From a virus, in IMG/VR virus record IMGVR_UViG_3300010352_001169: a DNA stretch of 64,000 nucleotides; one strand, written 5' to 3'. Shown here piece after piece: positions 20,040 to 29,819 of this stretch. A program made the translations under genes and the position numbers. Within the stretch, counting starts at the first letter, position 1. Each line of letters starts with the position of its first letter. The notes under the pieces were generated by a model. That model made no database searches, was not told the DNA's origin, and saw only the letters and a list, made by a program, of their open reading frames with translations.

Positions 20040-20983
20040 TGAATATAGAAGATAAAATCTATGTAGCCGGACATAAAGGTCTTGTAGGCTCAGAAATATG
20101 TAAAAAACTAAAAATGCTCGGTTATCAAAATATAATTACAGCCACTCATAAAGAATTAGATTTGACTAGACAAGATTCTGTTGAACATTTTTTTGAAATG
20201 ATGAAACCAGATTACGTATTCCTCGCAGCAGCAAAAGTTGGTGGTATATACGCTAATTCTACATTTGCTGCAGATTTTACATATGAGAATTTAATGGTTG
20301 AATGCAATGTAATAAAAGCGTGCCACGATTATGGAGTGAAAAAATTATTATTTTTAGGATCTAGTTGTATTTATCCAAGAAATTGCCCACAACCAATAAA
20401 AGAGGAATATTTTTTAACAAGTCCTCTCGAGAAAACAAATGAAGGATATGCCATAGCTAAAATAGCTGGCATAATAATGTGTCAAAAATTCAATTTTCAA
20501 TATGGAACAAATTTCATATCGGTAATGCCAACAAATCTTTATGGAAGTGCCGAACATGATAATTATGATCCAAAAACGTCTCATGTCTTGCCTGGTATGA
20601 TATACAAATTTCATAAGGCCAAAATGGAAAATTCACCAACAGTTGAATTGTGGGGGACTGGATCGCCGCTTAGAGAATTTTTACATGTTTCTGATATGGC
20701 AGATGCTGTAATATTTTTGATGGAAAATTATAATGATAATGAAATAATAAACATTGGAAGTGGAAGAGAAGTTTCCATTAAGAAACTAGCATCTATGATA
20801 AAAGAAATAGTTGGATATAAAGGTGAAATAGTTTTTAACGCTGATTATCCCGATGGAACTCCAAGAAAGATTATGGATTCTACAAAATTAAGAAATTTAG
20901 GTTGGGAACCACGTATTGATCTTTATGATGGAATAGATAATTTATATCAAGAATTGGTAAAAATTAAAAAGTTTGACATATGA
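20036..20983 (+). CDS. fcl: GDP-L-fucose synthase
   Basis: VAGHKGLVGS, AAAKVGGI, LGSSCIYP, YAIAK, PTNLYG, WGTGSPLREFLHV, PDGTPRK. Confidence 0.95.
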   Translation: MMNIEDKIYVAGHKGLVGSEICKKLKMLGYQNIITATHKELDLTRQDSVEHFFEMMKPDYVFLAAAKVGGIYANSTFAADFTYENLMVECNVIKACHDYGVKKLLFLGSSCIYPRNCPQPIKEEYFLTSPLEKTNEGYAIAKIAGIIMCQKFNFQYGTNFISVMPTNLYGSAEHDNYDPKTSHVLPGMIYKFHKAKMENSPTVELWGTGSPLREFLHVSDMADAVIFLMENYNDNEIINIGSGREVSIKKLASMIKEIVGYKGEIVFNADYPDGTPRKIMDSTKLRNLGWEPRIDLYDGIDNLYQELVKIKKFDI

Positions 20984-21071
20984 AGTATAGAGAAGAAATG
21001 GATAACATTTTTTCTGATTTAAATATGATGGTAGATAAAGTGATGAATTATAAATAATTTTTAAATTTTAA

Positions 21072-21340
21072 GCATTAAAAAACCGACATAAAAATCGGTT
21101 ATACCGAGAACGAAGTGGAAGCCGGAAGCGGAACAGCTGAGGTATATGCTAACGGTTACGGTTATTGGGGAGATATCTATATCACTATTCCCGAAAATGG
21201 TTACGATGGTGTGATGGTTTATTGGGCAAAGACGAAGGACGGAACCCAACAACCTATGATGCAACTTATGTCAAAGGGGAAACCCGTTGGTTTAGAAAAG
21301 CCAATTAAATAGGTTTATCAGAAACGCATTAAAAAACCGA
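21072..21340. repeat. 15-bp direct repeat GCATTAAAAAACCGA at 21072-21086 and 21326-21340
   Basis: Exact match read from the sequence. Confidence 0.85.
21079..21312 (+). pseudogene. Start-less coding fragment, possibly the inverted 3' half of the adjacent lipoprotein gene
   Basis: Open frame KTDIKIGYTENEVEAGSG...KPIK-TAG begins directly after a TAA; GC content elevated like 21318-21527. Confidence 0.4.
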
Positions 21341-21527
21341 ATGCTGGACAATACATGTTGTATCCACACCAATTTACATTAACGGAATACTCAACATAAT
21401 TATCGATAACAAAGGTGCCTTTTTTAACTTCGTCCTCCTTTTTGCAACCGCTTGTGGAAAACACCATAAATATTCCGACCAACGCAATCAAAAATAGTCC
21501 GCCTAATCTTTTCAAGAAATTTCTCAT
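21318..21527 (-). CDS. Lipoprotein (Bacteroidota-type signal), possibly truncated
   Basis: Basic N-terminus, hydrophobic core, STSG-C-KKEDE lipobox and acidic export signal. Confidence 0.6.
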   Translation of the reverse strand: MRNFLKRLGGLFLIALVGIFMVFSTSGCKKEDEVKKGTFVIDNYVEYSVNVNWCGYNMYCPAFGFLMRF

Positions 21528-21706
21528 AATTTTTGGATTTTTTTTTAAATAATTAATTTATTGCTTTTTATATAAAGTTAAAAAATAAAAGTTTAATTTT
21601 TATTAAGATTGTATGAAAAAACAACATGTTTAAAATAAAAATATGTTGTTTTTTGTTTTTAAGACCACCTTTGTATAATATATACTCAAAAATAAGTTTT
21701 ATAAAT

Positions 21707-22873
21707 ATGAAAATTTTTACAAAAGAAAACGTTTCAGAAATAAATGAAAAATATAATATGGGTCATCCAATATCAAGGTATGATAATCTATGGTTTCAAA
21801 ACAATCACGGTTTAAGAAAATCTGGAATTAAATATTTTTTAAATAATGAAGAGCTAATCGAATACGCAAAATGTTATAATGGCGTAGAGTATTTTATAGA
21901 AAAATATTGTAAAATATTTATTCCTGGAATTGGAATGTCTGATGTTGTATTGAGAGGTTATCAAAAAGAAGCAATAAAACATTATAAAGACAATAGATTT
22001 TCTATATTTTTAAAAAGCAGGCAAATGGGTATTCAAACTATTTTAGGACTGATGTTTTTACACGAAATATTATTCAATGAAGATAAACATATACTCATCT
22101 CTTCTTATAAGACTCTGGAATGTAAAGAAATTTTTAAAATAATAAAAAACGCATACATGGCATTACCCTTCTTCTTAAAAGTTGGTGTATTTAATTGGAA
22201 TGAAAAATATATATCTCTAGAGAACAAAAGTCATATATCTTGTGTTGGAGGGGCAAAAGAAATAGCGTTTGGATGCTCTTACGACATTATATCTTTAAAT
22301 GATTTTTCAAGATTTCACAACGCTGAACATATCTATAATTCTGTAGTTCCAATTATATCCAATAAAAAAGATTCAAAAATTGTAATCAATAGCGGTCCAA
22401 ATGGACTTAATTTCTTCCATGAATTAGTTCGAGATTCAGAACGCCCAGATTTAGATCCAAAGAAAAATATGTTTTCCACTATGAGAATCCATTGGTGGCA
22501 ATTTCCAGGAAGATTGGATACTAAATTAATATTCACGGATGATAAAAGATATCCAATTGAGCATGTATTAAAATATTTAGAGGATCAAGGATTAGAATTT
22601 TATGAAAGAAAAACAAAAGATGAAACTGTGTTTTTCATAAAATATGATCATAAAAATCCAAAGACTGATATATCTTCAATAAGACAAATTAAAATATTTG
22701 ATTTTTATTTAACAGATATTGCAAATATAACAAACTGGCGAGAAGAAACAATAAAAATTTTGGGAAGTGAAATATTGTTTCTCCGAGAATATGATATGAT
22801 GTTTATTTGTAACGAATTAGAATATAAAAATATCAAAAGAACAGAAATAATAGATAAAATACTGGGAGAATAA
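21707..22873 (+). CDS. Terminase large-subunit ATPase paralog (T4 gp17-like), catalytic motifs degenerate, no nuclease domain
   Basis: YFIEKYCKI, LRGYQ, SRQMGIQT, ISLNDFSRF, NSGPNG, FLREY; start moved to MKIFTKE at 21707. Confidence 0.75.
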   Translation: MKIFTKENVSEINEKYNMGHPISRYDNLWFQNNHGLRKSGIKYFLNNEELIEYAKCYNGVEYFIEKYCKIFIPGIGMSDVVLRGYQKEAIKHYKDNRFSIFLKSRQMGIQTILGLMFLHEILFNEDKHILISSYKTLECKEIFKIIKNAYMALPFFLKVGVFNWNEKYISLENKSHISCVGGAKEIAFGCSYDIISLNDFSRFHNAEHIYNSVVPIISNKKDSKIVINSGPNGLNFFHELVRDSERPDLDPKKNMFSTMRIHWWQFPGRLDTKLIFTDDKRYPIEHVLKYLEDQGLEFYERKTKDETVFFIKYDHKNPKTDISSIRQIKIFDFYLTDIANITNWREETIKILGSEILFLREYDMMFICNELEYKNIKRTEIIDKILGE

Positions 22874-23017
22874 CACCATTTCATTAGTTCTGGTGAAGTT
22901 TCTTTAGTTGTTTGAGACAATCTACATTTCATTAAAACTATTCCTATAATCATTCAAAATGGTTTTATATTTTTTCATTTATGTTCTTTAATATATAACA
23001 GAAAAACTATTTTCCTA

Positions 23018-23542
23018 ATGAAAATTCTATCAGACAATCCTCCAGAAAATCCACAAGGATATTTTAAAGTTCATAAACTTACTTTACAAAATAAAAAGAA
23101 CGGACAAGTTGTAAGAGAATATCTAAACTCTAAAGATGCTGTATGTGCTGTAGTTTTTGATTCTATAAAAAATAAATATATTTTCGTAAAACAATTTCGA
23201 CCAGGACCAAAAATACCATTGATAGAATTGTGCGCTGGAATGGTTGATAAGGTCGGTGAAGCAGAAATAGAAACAATGAAACGTGAAATATTGGAAGAGA
23301 TAGGTTATCAAGTAGATACTATAAATCTTTTAGTAAAAACTTATTATACAAGTCCTGGAAAAACTAACGAAAGAATGACAACATATTTTGTTACAGTTTC
23401 TAAAAAAATTGCACAAGGTGGTGGATTAGAGAGTGAGAACGAAGAAATAGATATAATTGAGTTAACAAAAGAAGAAATAAAGAAAACAGAATTTGTAGAC
23501 GGGAAAACATTGTTAGCTCTCGCCGTTTTAAAATTAAAATGA
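23018..23542 (+). CDS. NUDIX hydrolase (ADP-ribose pyrophosphatase-like)
   Basis: KQFRPG, ELCAGMVD, REILEEIG, SPG, EEIDI. Confidence 0.9.
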   Translation: MKILSDNPPENPQGYFKVHKLTLQNKKNGQVVREYLNSKDAVCAVVFDSIKNKYIFVKQFRPGPKIPLIELCAGMVDKVGEAEIETMKREILEEIGYQVDTINLLVKTYYTSPGKTNERMTTYFVTVSKKIAQGGGLESENEEIDIIELTKEEIKKTEFVDGKTLLALAVLKLK

Positions 23543-23558
23543 TTAATTATATTAAGAA

Positions 23559-24530
23559 ATGATATACAAATATAAAGAATATACTGAATCATATAATAAC
23601 ATATGTCCTTTTTGTCTAAACAATTATTTAGATAGAATGAGAATTGATAATTCTATTTTTGAAGGAGTTGAAAATAAAGTTGATATAAGAAGCATGTCCA
23701 TATTAGTTCCAACTCATGGGTGTGTTAATTCTTGTAAATTCTGTGTTTCTAAGATTAGTCAACTAAAAGATGAATATAAAGATTTATCAAAAGATGAATT
23801 GTTCGAGGAGATATACTTTAAACAATTCGAAAAAGTAAATGAAATGGGGTGTAGATACGCTATTTTAACTGGAACAGGTGAACCTATTCAAAATAAATCT
23901 TTTCTAGCTATGATAGGAAGAATGAATAAAAGATTGGAAGAACCTTTTAAGCTCGAAATTCAAACATCTGGGGTTATGTTAGATGATGCTAATTTAGACT
24001 TCTTAAAAAATGAAGTTGGTGTATATCTTATATCTCTTTCTGTATCTGATATGTTTAGTGATGTTTCAAATGCGTCGTTTATAAGAATAAAACCGCGTTT
24101 ACAATTTGATTTAAAAGATTTATGTCATAGAATAAAAGCAAAAGGATTCATTCTTAGAATGTCTATAAATCTTGTAAATGTTTATGATAAATACACTCCC
24201 GAACAAGTTTTTGAAAGGATGAGAGATCTTAAGATCGATCAAGCCACTTTTAGAGTTCTTTGGGCAGGACACGACGACAATGAAATAAGCAGATGGATAA
24301 AGAATAATAGTGCTGCTCAGAATTTTATTGATGATGTTAAAATATATTGTCAAGATCATGGAAAAACTACTACAGCTCAATACACAAGATATCAAGTGGG
24401 AAATATAACCGTCGTTATTGATTCCGATTGCATGGCAGAGCATTCAGTGGGTGAAATAAGATACTTGATACTTCGCAGTGATTGTAATTTATATACAAAG
24501 TGGGATACTGCTACAAGTATTTTCAAATAA
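23559..24530 (+). CDS. Radical SAM protein with N-terminal tag
   Basis: CVNSCKFC, ILTGTGEP, EIQTSG; MIYKYKEYTES start. Confidence 0.85.
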   Translation: MIYKYKEYTESYNNICPFCLNNYLDRMRIDNSIFEGVENKVDIRSMSILVPTHGCVNSCKFCVSKISQLKDEYKDLSKDELFEEIYFKQFEKVNEMGCRYAILTGTGEPIQNKSFLAMIGRMNKRLEEPFKLEIQTSGVMLDDANLDFLKNEVGVYLISLSVSDMFSDVSNASFIRIKPRLQFDLKDLCHRIKAKGFILRMSINLVNVYDKYTPEQVFERMRDLKIDQATFRVLWAGHDDNEISRWIKNNSAAQNFIDDVKIYCQDHGKTTTAQYTRYQVGNITVVIDSDCMAEHSVGEIRYLILRSDCNLYTKWDTATSIFK

Positions 24531-24712
24531 ATTTTTTTATTTTAAATTTTTGTTTTAATTTTGTACAAACTAGAAAAATTGGAATGAAAAAAATATTTAG
24601 ACAAGTCGTCATTTGCCTTAAAATTTTTTTATTTTAAATTTTTGTTTTAATTTTGTACAAACTAGAAAAATTGGAATGAAAAAAATATTTAGACAAGTCG
24701 TCATTTGCCTTA
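24529..24712. repeat. Perfect 92-bp tandem duplication containing a TAATTTTG promoter box and a gene start
   Basis: 24529-24620 identical to 24621-24712. Confidence 0.9.
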
Positions 24713-25088
24713 TTATATATATATACCGTGTTTAATCTTATTAAACACTATTGCGGTATTAGTAGGGTTAAATCCATCTACTTGGTGGGTTTGCGGCATC
24801 TGTATAGGTTTATCTTTCATTTTTTATATGTATATGGGTGATTGGATAGGAGAAAAAATAGAACAGCGTAAACGCCGCCGAGAAGCACGTGCACACCCAA
24901 GAATTATCTGGGAAAGAGCAGAGCAGCGCGAGGTAGGATTGGATGCATATCGTCTAATGTTAGAAAGACAGCGAAGAAATTTAGAAAAACTAATCCATGA
25001 ACAAGAAATGAAAGAAAGAGCATCCAGAACACAAGGACAGGTTATATCTCCAAAAGATCCTTATGGTGAAGAAGATTGGGAAAATTAA
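24676..25088 (+). CDS. Membrane protein ending in DPYGEEDW; frameshifted at a (TA)6 tract
   Basis: ATG 24676 gives MKKIFRQVVICLIIYI; removing one TA at 24714-24725 joins it to PCLILLNT... of ORF 24705-25088. Confidence 0.6.
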
Positions 25089-25147
25089 TTTTTTTATTGA
25101 ATAATTTTTTGTATTTTTGTTAAGATAGTTTGGAAAGAAAAAATAAT

Positions 25148-25303
25148 ATGTTAAAAACAGGACTTGAAAAACCGATAGAAAATTTAGAAAAATATTTTCA
25201 AGATAAGTTTGGAAATGTAAAATTTGAAGAACTTAATGATGAAGATAAAAAAGAATATTTGAGAATAAAAGAAATTCTTGATAAAACTAGATTTTTGAGA
25301 TGA
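25148..25303 (+). CDS. Small hypothetical protein (51 aa)
   Basis: MLKTGLEKPIENLEKYF...RFLR-TGA overlapping the next ATG. Confidence 0.55.
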   Translation: MLKTGLEKPIENLEKYFQDKFGNVKFEELNDEDKKEYLRIKEILDKTRFLR

Positions 25304-25722
25304 TTATAGATTTTTTATATGATCTATTTTATGGAATAACCATCATACAAGCCATAATGTTCTTCGTTTGTGGTTCGGTATTATTTCTAACATTGTTTTC
25401 CATCGTAATAAATTTTGTTGATTGGTTAACTCAAATAATAGCCTACGCAAAACTTGGATGGCTTCAGTTCAAATATCCAGATTTCGATGAAAAAATATTG
25501 CGCGTGAAATTTGATATTTATGTAGTTGGTTTTCCAAGCGGTGAGATTTTTTATGTTAACAGAAGGAAATTAAATAAATTAAAAAGAAAAGATTTGGTAA
25601 AATGGGATATTGAATATCTATGCTATACATTTGAAGATGAAAATTCGGAGAAAGTTCAGAAAATAGTATCACCGATAATAGTTTTCAGATATGAAAAGAA
25701 TTATTATAATCTAGATTTATAA
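25300..25722 (+). CDS. Hypothetical membrane protein
   Basis: N-terminal hydrophobic helix. Confidence 0.7.
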   Translation: MIIDFLYDLFYGITIIQAIMFFVCGSVLFLTLFSIVINFVDWLTQIIAYAKLGWLQFKYPDFDEKILRVKFDIYVVGFPSGEIFYVNRRKLNKLKRKDLVKWDIEYLCYTFEDENSEKVQKIVSPIIVFRYEKNYYNLDL

Positions 25723-25741
25723 ACAATTAAAAAACAAAAAA

Positions 25742-25954
25742 ATGTCAAAAGTAAGAAAGTTTGGAAGAGTTGAATTTGAAACAAAGGGATTCAAGGTGGT
25801 TCCTTTATTCAAAAACGAAAAACCCAGTGGTAAATATGGAATCGTCGCTGGTAAATATCTCGTATCTGATGTTATGTCAAAGAAAGAAGCAATTGATAAG
25901 CTTTCTGACGAAAATTTCAAACCAAAGAAAAAGAATAAGAAATTTGATTTCTAA
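25742..25954 (+). CDS. Small basic hypothetical protein
   Basis: 70-aa ORF in operon. Confidence 0.65.
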   Translation: MSKVRKFGRVEFETKGFKVVPLFKNEKPSGKYGIVAGKYLVSDVMSKKEAIDKLSDENFKPKKKNKKFDF

Positions 25955-26217
25955 TGATTCCTCATTTCAGGATACATAAAATTGATTATAGAAGATATGT
26001 GATCAAACGTAAAATTTGGTTATTGTATCCTTTATATCATATGAAAGTTATGACAAAGAATGAATTCTTTGGAGATCTAACTTCATATGGTGAGTATGTC
26101 ATGGGTGAGCACGAAGCTACATTCAATACTTTGGATGAGGCTTATGATGCTCTCCATGTTCATGCTATGATAAAAGGATATCCTGAAGTTATTTTGAAAG
26201 TTGGAGAAAAATATTAA
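25954..26217 (+). CDS. Hypothetical protein
   Basis: 87-aa ORF, TAATG overlap. Confidence 0.65.
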   Translation: MIPHFRIHKIDYRRYVIKRKIWLLYPLYHMKVMTKNEFFGDLTSYGEYVMGEHEATFNTLDEAYDALHVHAMIKGYPEVILKVGEKY

Positions 26218-26624
26218 TCTTTCCATTCCTCCTCACCGTAAGGATCCAGCTTTATATTCTTTTCTGTTTCTTTGTCATACGGTCTAACATGGTGTTGATC
26301 TGCGTCCAATAAATCGCCATCGTCAAAACATATTCTATATTTTCCATCATCTCTCATACTAACAAATGTTGCTGTTTCTCCGTTGTGATCGGACTTAGGG
26401 TTTACATATGTAATTTTATCACCTTCTTTAAGTTTTTTCATTAAAAGATCGACTAAATCAGAAACATTATCTCTACGATTTCTTCTTTTTTCGCGATATT
26501 TTTCTAAATCGCCAAGCACCACTTGTTCTAAATCTCTTCTTTTTTCTTCTCTAATACGTTTTCTTTCAGCTCGTTCTTCTGGATCAAACCAACCGAATTC
26601 TTCGAAAGTTTTTAAATAAATCAT
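26214..26624 (-). CDS. Tagged protein with SH3/KOW-like domain and C-terminal DPYGEEEW
   Basis: MIYLKTFEEF; KEGDKITY...ATFVSMRDDGKYRICFD matches the C-terminus of 29820-32132. Confidence 0.75.
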   Translation of the reverse strand: MIYLKTFEEFGWFDPEERAERKRIREEKRRDLEQVVLGDLEKYREKRRNRRDNVSDLVDLLMKKLKEGDKITYVNPKSDHNGETATFVSMRDDGKYRICFDDGDLLDADQHHVRPYDKETEKNIKLDPYGEEEWKD

Positions 26625-26627
26625 AGG

Positions 26628-27137
26628 TTATACATTTTTTCTCCATATATAATAACCATCACGATCACCACTAAATGTATATCCCGAAACCGATGTTATT
26701 ATTCTTTTTAGCTCATCGATAGTTAAAAGATTCTCAAAAGAAAATTTAAGATCTTCTTTATTTACAAAAGATATTGGTTTAAGATCTATACCGAAGATAT
26801 TAATATTATTTGGAAGATTGGAATAAAATTCATTCATAGAAAGATTTACGATATTACCACGAACAACCGTTTCCAATTCTTGTTCTCCAAAAATCATAGC
26901 GTTAAATTGAGTTCTACCGTTATTTAAAATATCGCCAGTTAAATCATTAACTTTAAATATATGTTTTGCTGGATCATCTATATCTATATAATTCTCATAT
27001 GTATTAAAGAATATGGATAATATATTTTTATGTGCTTTTCCAGCTGGTTCTAAACCATTTAAAAATTCATCAATTTTTAATCCTGGTATAACCAAACTTT
27101 CAAAATAATTATTCCAAGTTTTTATCATATCTTTCAT
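26628..27137 (-). CDS. Hypothetical tagged protein
   Basis: MKDMIKTWNNYFES start. Confidence 0.7.
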   Translation of the reverse strand: MKDMIKTWNNYFESLVIPGLKIDEFLNGLEPAGKAHKNILSIFFNTYENYIDIDDPAKHIFKVNDLTGDILNNGRTQFNAMIFGEQELETVVRGNIVNLSMNEFYSNLPNNINIFGIDLKPISFVNKEDLKFSFENLLTIDELKRIITSVSGYTFSGDRDGYYIWRKNV

Positions 27138-27142
27138 TTATT

Positions 27143-27568
27143 TTATATTCCAAGAACATCTAAAACATTCTCATATTCTATTCTATCTTCTTTTGACATT
27201 TTATTTTTTAGATAATCTGACAATTCTATATATTTTTTACGTGTCATTACAACATCACCCTTATCAGTTTTAATATGATATATGGCGGTGTTAATATCGT
27301 GAATATATCCATCAACCTTATCATCCTTATATTTATTTACAATTTTAGACAATTTTTTCAAAGATTTGATTTTTCTCTTATCAGAAATTATATCTTTTAA
27401 CCAATATTTTAAGCCAGCATAACCAAAATAAGCGAGACCCAAAGATATGACAATTATTAAAGCCGCTCCTTCTATTAATTCACCTAGAGTTATAACTACA
27501 TCCATTCCAAATATCTGGAACTCTTCGTTTACTTTTTCGTAATCTTTAAATCTTTTTATTTCCATCAT
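27143..27568 (-). CDS. Tagged protein with TM helix
   Basis: MEIKRFKDYEKVNEE then hydrophobic helix. Confidence 0.7.
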   Translation of the reverse strand: MMEIKRFKDYEKVNEEFQIFGMDVVITLGELIEGAALIIVISLGLAYFGYAGLKYWLKDIISDKRKIKSLKKLSKIVNKYKDDKVDGYIHDINTAIYHIKTDKGDVVMTRKKYIELSDYLKNKMSKEDRIEYENVLDVLGI

Positions 27569-27589
27569 TGAAGCTATATATTAATATTT

Positions 27590-28258
27590 TTAATTGTCTT
27601 TTATAAAATGATAAATTTGATCTACATAAGTTAATTCCGATCTAATATCAGTTCTCAAATCACCAGAATATATATGTTGTCTAAGCTCTTTTTCAAACAA
27701 ATAATCAATTTCATCCTTTGTCATCTGTTCCATTTTTTGAGTTTCATCGGGTGTCGCTAATCTTTTCTTTTTAAGATCTCCATAAAAATATACTATAAAA
27801 GGAGTGTGTGTTATTTCCCCTTTATCTCTTTTTTCTATGAATTTTTTTTGATATTCGCGATAAGCGTAGTGTTGATCACGTGGTAAAAATTCCAACATGT
27901 GTTTCAGACTTTCTTCATCATCCTTGATTTTTTCTTCTTTTGTTCTCTTATCTTCTAATTTTCTAAAATATCTTATATCGCCTATTAAATAATAATTTCC
28001 ACTATTACATTTGATAAAAACATCATAGATTGGTTTTTGACCAAAGTCACCTGTTCTATTTGTTAATACTTTATATAAATTTTCTTTGATCAGATCGTCT
28101 TTATTTATATCCCACTGCTCTTCACCATAAGGATCTTCTTCCGTTACCATTGTTTGCATATCAACATTTTTCTTATCTAAATCTTTCATAGATCTAATTC
28201 TCGATGGAAGTTCTTCCCTCCATTTTTTACTATCAAATTCTTCAAATATTATTATCAT
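27590..28258 (-). CDS. Hypothetical protein with DPYGEEQW
   Basis: Likely start MIIIIFEEF at 28258 within ORF 27590-28351. Confidence 0.7.
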   Translation of the reverse strand: MIIIFEEFDSKKWREELPSRIRSMKDLDKKNVDMQTMVTEEDPYGEEQWDINKDDLIKENLYKVLTNRTGDFGQKPIYDVFIKCNSGNYYLIGDIRYFRKLEDKRTKEEKIKDDEESLKHMLEFLPRDQHYAYREYQKKFIEKRDKGEITHTPFIVYFYGDLKKKRLATPDETQKMEQMTKDEIDYLFEKELRQHIYSGDLRTDIRSELTYVDQIYHFIKDN

Positions 28259-28378
28259 GATGGTTCTATATTTTTTTTCTTTCCAAGTCCTATGAAAGGA
28301 ACGTTCTCGGCATCCTTTCCATAAACGTATGTATTTACTTTTTTTTGTCACTTTTCTATTTTGACATTATCTATAAAA

Positions 28379-28948
28379 TCATGCTGGCTCTATATCTTTT
28401 TTATCTCTCAGACCAATAAAAGGTATATTTTCTGTGTGTTTATATTTTTTATTATATCTAATCTGATTTGCTTTTGTTATAATATCCATTTCATTATACC
28501 AATCTTCTTCACCATAAGGATCTTCTTTTTTCTCTTCATGAAAATATTTTTCAACATAGAAATCTTTTATCTTTTTATATAAAGATTTAGCTTCTAATCT
28601 ATATCTCTTACTAAGACTCGTATAAAGAATCCAAACCAAGAATAAAATGTACACCTCTTTATATGTCACTGGAGATATAAATATTTCTTTAGATATAGCC
28701 AAAGAAGCTAATATTGTATAAAACAATAAATTTTTCACAGGTGAGAAAAGTTTATCTATATTATTGGAAATCTTAGCTATAGCAATCAATTTTTCTTCAT
28801 CGGATAAGTTTTTTACTTTTTTTTCTGTATATTTTATAATAGGCCAACTTATAAATTCTGAAATTTTGTCGACAAAACAATCAGCTTTATCACCTATTTT
28901 ACCCCAGTTTATTTTTTCATTAATATAAATATCGAACTTTGTTATCAT
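28379..28948 (-). CDS. Tagged membrane protein with DPYGEEDW
   Basis: MITKFDIYINE start; two hydrophobic helices. Confidence 0.7.
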   Translation of the reverse strand: MITKFDIYINEKINWGKIGDKADCFVDKISEFISWPIIKYTEKKVKNLSDEEKLIAIAKISNNIDKLFSPVKNLLFYTILASLAISKEIFISPVTYKEVYILFLVWILYTSLSKRYRLEAKSLYKKIKDFYVEKYFHEEKKEDPYGEEDWYNEMDIITKANQIRYNKKYKHTENIPFIGLRDKKDIEPA

Positions 28949-29814
28949 AATTCAATTTTATATTTTAGAAGTTCTTTATCAAAAGTGTAAGATTGTGTAT
29001 CTCTGTTTAGGTTATATCTAAGACCATTGTTTTGCGCATCGAAAACATATAAGTCTTGTCTATTTGTAAAAGAAAAATAATCAACTCTATATTCACCAGG
29101 ATTACTTATATTACTGAAAATATATTTATCTCCTGTTTGAAACATCTTTCTGTAAGTCTTACATTGTAATTTTTTATTTACTCCATTTAATTTAAAACTT
29201 ATATCAACTCCTCCTTGTGTGTCAACTCTTTGACCGGGTTTACTTTTAATAACATCTGTTATGTTTCCAAGTTCTGATAATGTTCCTAAAGTTAAGCTTT
29301 CGCTTAAATTTCCTATGTATGTTGATGTGGCAATTGCCCCCATTATTTTCCAAAAAACTCTTAAATCTTTTTCAGGCATAAAAATATATTTTCCATACTT
29401 GTTTAATATGACTTTAAATCTTTCTAATTCTTCAAAATAATTTGTTTGAAAAGTAAATATTTGTTCATTTTTTATCTGATCTGTTGATATCCAATAATTT
29501 ACAACGTTTATAACATGCATGAAACTAGTATAATGTGTGTTAACATAATTTAATAACGACCATTTTGGATCCATATTACTATAAACTGAAGTATAAAACT
29601 CTCTTATTTCTTTACTCATAGGAGCCTTTTCTAATGACACATTAGTATTTATAACGCCATAATTACCATCAGATAAAAGTTTTCCCCATTTACCCTCATT
29701 TTGATAAAGTCTCCTCATCAAAAAGTTAATGTGATCGGAATATGATCGTCTAAACTTCTCAATAGCAAAAAGTTTTCTAAATACACCGCTATCTTCAAAT
29801 TTTTTGTATTCCAT
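28945..29814 (-). CDS. Putative PD-(D/E)xK nuclease-fold protein
   Basis: E in helix then VDTQGGVDISF...LQCKT (D..QxK); MEYKKFED start. Confidence 0.5.
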   Translation of the reverse strand: MEYKKFEDSGVFRKLFAIEKFRRSYSDHINFLMRRLYQNEGKWGKLLSDGNYGVINTNVSLEKAPMSKEIREFYTSVYSNMDPKWSLLNYVNTHYTSFMHVINVVNYWISTDQIKNEQIFTFQTNYFEELERFKVILNKYGKYIFMPEKDLRVFWKIMGAIATSTYIGNLSESLTLGTLSELGNITDVIKSKPGQRVDTQGGVDISFKLNGVNKKLQCKTYRKMFQTGDKYIFSNISNPGEYRVDYFSFTNRQDLYVFDAQNNGLRYNLNRDTQSYTFDKELLKYKIEL

Positions 29815-29819
29815 GATTT

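Noticed and set aside
24529-24712. CRISPR array
   Set aside because: Two abutting 92-bp copies with no spacers; no CRISPR repeats or cas genes seen anywhere in the window
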